Assembly (NCBI GenBank): GCA_018302205.1
Contig: JAGVZZ010000017.1
Span: forward strand, 1-34,479
Direction of reading: 5' to 3'
DNA: 34,479 bases
DNA from: Candidatus Woesearchaeota archaeon
GTDB taxonomy: Archaea; Nanobdellota; Nanobdellia; SCGC-AAA011-G17; GW2011-AR17
Numbering within the stretch: the stretch's first letter is position 1; each line of letters begins with the position of its first letter. Below are positions 30,977-34,479 of this stretch, piece after piece. A program made the position numbers and the translations under genes. The notes under the pieces were generated by a model. It saw only the letters and a program-made list of their open reading frames with translations. It searched no databases and was not told where the DNA came from.

Positions 30977-31984
30977 ATGGATTATTTAGAAAAGGCACAA
31001 GAAGTATACAATCAAAACTTTGGTAATGAAACCTGGTATGGTAGATGTATTTTTCTAAGTTGGTATTGTGATTTAGGGACTTGTAAATTTTGTTTTCGAT
31101 CAACACAGAAGCATAAAATTAAATTTGCAGCAAATGCTAAGAGGACTTTGAGTTCGGTTATTGTGGAAGCATTATTATGTAAAAAATTGGGGTGGAGAAT
31201 TGAATTTTTAACTGGAGGATATAAGATATTTACAATTGATGATTTGATTGAAATAGTAAAACAAGTAAGTAATGTATTTGGTGAAAAAATTTGGTTAAAC
31301 TTGGGAGTAATTAGTGAAGAAGACCTAGAGAGGTTTAGACCGTACATTATGGGAATTGCAAGTTCTATTGAGACTATTAATCCCGAATTACACAAAGAAA
31401 TTTGTCCGGATAAAGATATTGAATCTTATGAGAAAATGTTCTCTTACGCTAAGGATTTGAAAAAGAGTATGACAATCGTAATTGGGCTTGGAGAGAAAAG
31501 GGAAGATTTTGAATTATTGTGTAATTTTATTGAAAAGCATAAATTGGATAGGATTACATTTTATGCCTTGAAACCAGTTAAAGGGACTGTATTTGAAAAT
31601 TCTTCTGGGCCTAAAACTGAGGATTATCTATGGTGGATTGCGAATACTAGAATAAGATTCCCAAAAATGGAAATAATTGCTGGTACGACTCCAAGAAGGT
31701 ATGAAGAAGTAGGGGAATTAATGAAAGCTGGAGTGAATGCTTTTACTAAATTTTCTGCAACGAAAATGTTTGGAACAAAACAGGCTTTTAGAATTGAGAA
31801 AGATATAAAAAAATCTGGAAGAAAAATGGTAGGGACTATTACAAACCTACCCGATATAGATTGGAATAAAGAAATTGAAGCATTACATTTAGAGCCAGAA
31901 TTAGAGAATGATGTTAAAAAAAAAATGGAGATATATTTAGATAGAATGAAAAGGCAGAATAATGATGATAGTGGTGATGAATAA
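30977..31984 (+). CDS. Radical SAM protein, BioB/lipoyl-synthase-like
   Basis: Cys cluster WYCDLGTCKFCF near the N-terminus. A TIM-barrel-like pattern follows (..FLTGG.., ..NLGV.., ..VIGLGE.., ..FYALKP..). Confidence 0.7.
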   Translation: MDYLEKAQEVYNQNFGNETWYGRCIFLSWYCDLGTCKFCFRSTQKHKIKFAANAKRTLSSVIVEALLCKKLGWRIEFLTGGYKIFTIDDLIEIVKQVSNVFGEKIWLNLGVISEEDLERFRPYIMGIASSIETINPELHKEICPDKDIESYEKMFSYAKDLKKSMTIVIGLGEKREDFELLCNFIEKHKLDRITFYALKPVKGTVFENSSGPKTEDYLWWIANTRIRFPKMEIIAGTTPRRYEEVGELMKAGVNAFTKFSATKMFGTKQAFRIEKDIKKSGRKMVGTITNLPDIDWNKEIEALHLEPELENDVKKKMEIYLDRMKRQNNDDSGDE

Positions 31985-32026
31985 AGATTATATATTAGTT
32001 AAAAAAAATAATATTGGAGGCAAAAA

Positions 32027-33079
32027 ATGGGAACAGTAGAATATGGAGTAAAACAATTAACGGAGAATTGTTTAGGTATACAACCTTTTGAGAGAGTTGT
32101 ATTAGTTTATGATCAAGAGAGAACTTGGTTAGCAGACGAAGTAACTAAAGCACTAGTAGAGAGAAGAGCCACTGTGGAGGCTTTTGAAATGGAAAATTAT
32201 GGGGATAGGCCTGAAATTTTATCACAAGGACAATCAGCATTAAAATTTCCAAGAGAAATTGAAGAGGCATTAAATAAAGCTAGTGTAAGTATTTATTTTG
32301 CAAGTTCTAAAGTGGGAGAATATGCTTCATTTAGAAAACCCATGATTGGAACAATATTACCTTTAACTCAAGCAAGAAAATTAAGACATGCACATATGCC
32401 TGATTTAACTAAAACAATTATGGAACAAGGGATGAATGCAGATTATACTGATATTGAGAGATTGAATGCACAATTAATGGGAATTGCACCTCAAGCAAGA
32501 ACAGGAAGGGTTGTAACAACAGCTGGGACTAATTATAGAGTTGATTTTATTCCTGAGAAATATCATTGGTATAATTGTAATGGAGACTTAAGATCAGGGT
32601 CAACAGTAAGATTTACAAACTTACCCGATGGTGAAGTATTTGGTTATGCATTAAATGCTAATGGAGTTGTTGTTGTTGATGGAGTTTTAGGGGATGAATT
32701 TTCTAGAAAGTATGGGGATATTAATGATACTCCCGTAAGTTTAGAGATAAAAAATAGTAGAGTAATTATTGATAGTATTAGATGCACAAATCCAACATTA
32801 GTTGCAGAATTAAAAGAATATATGCAAAGGGATGAAAATGCAAATAGAGTTGGAGAATGGGCTATCGGAACTAATCTAGCATTATTAGATTATCCATTTA
32901 GTGGAGAGCTATTACAAGATGAAAAATATCCTGGCCACCACTTTGCTGTTGGAGAACCATGCTCAGATGAAACTGGTGCAGAATGGACAAGTTGTGTACA
33001 TCTAGATATGGTTTTAAGAAATCCAACAATAACTTTAGATCAAAAAGTTGTTATGGAGGCTGGAAGATTTTTAATTTAA
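32027..33079 (+). CDS. M29-family (AmpS/PepS-type) aminopeptidase
   Basis: NLPDGEVF, GEWAIGTN and HHFAVGE motifs. A GGAGG lies 8 nt upstream of the ATG. Confidence 0.75.
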   Translation: MGTVEYGVKQLTENCLGIQPFERVVLVYDQERTWLADEVTKALVERRATVEAFEMENYGDRPEILSQGQSALKFPREIEEALNKASVSIYFASSKVGEYASFRKPMIGTILPLTQARKLRHAHMPDLTKTIMEQGMNADYTDIERLNAQLMGIAPQARTGRVVTTAGTNYRVDFIPEKYHWYNCNGDLRSGSTVRFTNLPDGEVFGYALNANGVVVVDGVLGDEFSRKYGDINDTPVSLEIKNSRVIIDSIRCTNPTLVAELKEYMQRDENANRVGEWAIGTNLALLDYPFSGELLQDEKYPGHHFAVGEPCSDETGAEWTSCVHLDMVLRNPTITLDQKVVMEAGRFLI

Positions 33080-33095
33080 TTTTTTATTTTTTAAT

Positions 33096-33650
33096 ATGAA
33101 TAAAGATTTTTTCTTGAATACTGAAGAAGTTGCTAAGAAATTACTTGGAATGAAATTAATTCACGAAACTCTAGATGGAATAATCTCTGGAAAGATTGTT
33201 GAGGTGGAAGCTTATTTATTCAATGATCCGGCATCACATTCATACAAAGGTAAAACCAAGAGAAATAAAGCAATGTTTGAAGAAGGTGGTATTGCATATG
33301 TGTATAAGATTTATGGAGTACATCATTGTTTTAATGTTGTTACAAACAAAAAAGGAATTGGGGAAGCAGTTTTAATTCGGGCATTAGAACCTTTAGAAGG
33401 GATTGAATTAATGAAAATAAATCGGAAAAAAGATTCTGATTTATGCAATGGGCCTGCAAAGTTGGTTGAAGCTCTGGGGATAAAAAAAGAGCAGGAAAAA
33501 AAAGATTTAATTTCCAGCGAGTTAAGAATAGAAGAATTTGAAATCCCAAAGAATATTGTTGCTAAGGAAAGGATTGGAATTTCTAAAGGGAAAAGTTTGA
33601 AATTAAGGTTTTATATTAATAAGAATAAATATATTTCAAAAATAAATTAA
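33096..33650 (+). CDS. mpg: DNA-3-methyladenine glycosylase (Mpg/AAG family)
   Basis: VAKKLLGMKL.......GKIVEVEAY...DPASHSYKGKTKRNKAMF..GG.AYVY.IYG.HHCFNVV.......AVLIRALEP. Confidence 0.85.
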   Translation: MNKDFFLNTEEVAKKLLGMKLIHETLDGIISGKIVEVEAYLFNDPASHSYKGKTKRNKAMFEEGGIAYVYKIYGVHHCFNVVTNKKGIGEAVLIRALEPLEGIELMKINRKKDSDLCNGPAKLVEALGIKKEQEKKDLISSELRIEEFEIPKNIVAKERIGISKGKSLKLRFYINKNKYISKIN

Positions 33651-34072
33651 AAAGAAATTAATTTTATATGGAAATTTAAAACTTCACCAGCTAATGGGTG
33701 GTTTAAATCAATACCTAAATGTTCTTCTGTTACTTCAAAGATTTTACCCATTGCTTTTCTACCATCTTGCATTGTCATACCGATAATCATGCCAACTTGA
33801 GGAGTTTGTTCCTTAGATAAATTCTGTCTAGGAAGTTTTAATTTCATGTCTGGCCGTGGTTCGCCATAGCCGTCTTTAGGTTCTACTTTGAAATCTTTTT
33901 CTTCATTAACTTTCATTCCAACAACAGCATCATTGAATCCTTTAATTACATGACCTTCGCCAAGAGTAAACTCTAATGGATCTCTTCCTTTAGAAGTATC
34001 AACCACTTGGCCATCGTCTAAAGTTAATGTATATTCGACCTTTACTTTATCGCCATTTTTTGCAGTTTTCAT
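33647..34072 (-). CDS. FKBP-type peptidyl-prolyl isomerase (SlyD-like)
   Basis: GDKVKVEYTLTLDDGQVVDTS...PLEFTLGEGHVIKGFNDAVVGMKVNEEK.F.V.P.DGYGE......HPLAGE.L.F.I.L. Confidence 0.85.
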   Translation of the reverse strand: MKTAKNGDKVKVEYTLTLDDGQVVDTSKGRDPLEFTLGEGHVIKGFNDAVVGMKVNEEKDFKVEPKDGYGEPRPDMKLKLPRQNLSKEQTPQVGMIIGMTMQDGRKAMGKIFEVTEEHLGIDLNHPLAGEVLNFHIKLISF

Positions 34073-34155
34073 TTGCTTCAGGAAAATTTTAGGATATAAA
34101 AGAGTTTTGGTAGTTATTAAGATAGTTTTTTATATTATTTGGCTAATATTAGATT

Positions 34156-34479
34156 ATGCCTTTCTTTTATCAAGAAAAAAAATGGAGTTGTGGACCAGCA
34201 GCAATGAGAATTGCTTTAGTTACTCTAGGGATAAATAGAACTGAAAAACAATTAATTAAATTACTTAAAACAAATTCAAGAATTGGAACAAATAATAAAG
34301 CCTTTCCAGAAGTTGCTGAAAAGTTTAGATTAAATTATATAGTTAAAAGAGTTGCAACAACTAATGATTTAATAGGGGCTTTTAATAGAGAGTATATTAT
34401 TATTATATGTTATACTGAAGAGAAAATGAAAGTAGGGCATTATGCTGTTATTAAAGAGATTAATGATAAATATATTATA
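34156..34479 (+). CDS. Peptidase C39-like domain protein (partial, runs off the window)
   Basis: MPFFYQEKKWSCGPAAMRIAL... has the Q..WSCGPAA catalytic-Cys motif, and later VGHYAVI has the His motif. The frame is open to the last base. Confidence 0.6.
   Translation, partial: MPFFYQEKKWSCGPAAMRIALVTLGINRTEKQLIKLLKTNSRIGTNNKAFPEVAEKFRLNYIVKRVATTNDLIGAFNREYIIIICYTEEKMKVGHYAVIKEINDKYII

Noticed and set aside
1-34479. rRNA genes, additional tRNAs or other structured RNA genes.
   Set aside because: I inspected the intergenic regions longer than about 80 nt (671-799, 4154-4241, 12239-12333, 13821-14152, 15374-15726, 16813-16955, 17453-17543, 34073-34155). I found only the one complete cloverleaf at 13747-13820. 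The rest are promoter spacers, repeats or IS debris. A covariance-model scan is still needed.

Overview
This is an AT-rich (about 30% GC judged by eye), very tightly packed archaeal chromosome fragment. The archaeal origin rests on Alba, ribosomal protein eS17, tRNA-splicing endonuclease EndA, TrmB-type regulators, and TATA boxes about 25-30 nt upstream of start codons. The compact style and the giant LamG surface protein suggest a DPANN-like lineage, but that is inference only. All calls come from reading the supplied ORF translations and the DNA by eye; no searches were run.

Most of the window is housekeeping:
- Translation, tRNA and chromatin: class II LysRS, RNase Z, EndA, RumA/TrmA-like and Trm11-like methyltransferases, eS17, Alba.
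- Metabolism and repair: HIT protein, cupin/PMI, UDP-glucose dehydrogenase, PfkB kinase, HAD nucleotidase, radical SAM protein, M29 aminopeptidase, Mpg glycosylase, FKBP/SlyD.
- Membrane and signalling: Kef-type antiporter, amino-acid permease, Ser/Thr kinase.

Two accessory patches stand out.

1. Positions 13747-17549. An intact tRNA-Met(CAT) gene is followed by three further direct copies of its 3' end plus about 12 downstream nt. These copies bound three small cassettes with no integrase: two paralogous 'small ORF <-> TrmB regulator' modules and one RelE-type toxin-antitoxin pair. The copies are more degraded the further they lie from the tRNA. This looks like serial, cassette-like insertion at a tRNA att site and is the most interesting feature here.

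2. Positions 1-1388. A second, paralogous toxin-antitoxin pair sits among truncated remnants of transposases and an ORF with an in-frame TAG.

Other points worth a second look:
- A 1472-aa LamG-repeat surface protein with about 60 N-glycosylation sequons.
- Two tandem distant paralogs of unknown function.
- Five convergent gene pairs whose stop codons overlap in TTAA/TTAG.
- Single central TATA elements shared by divergent gene pairs.
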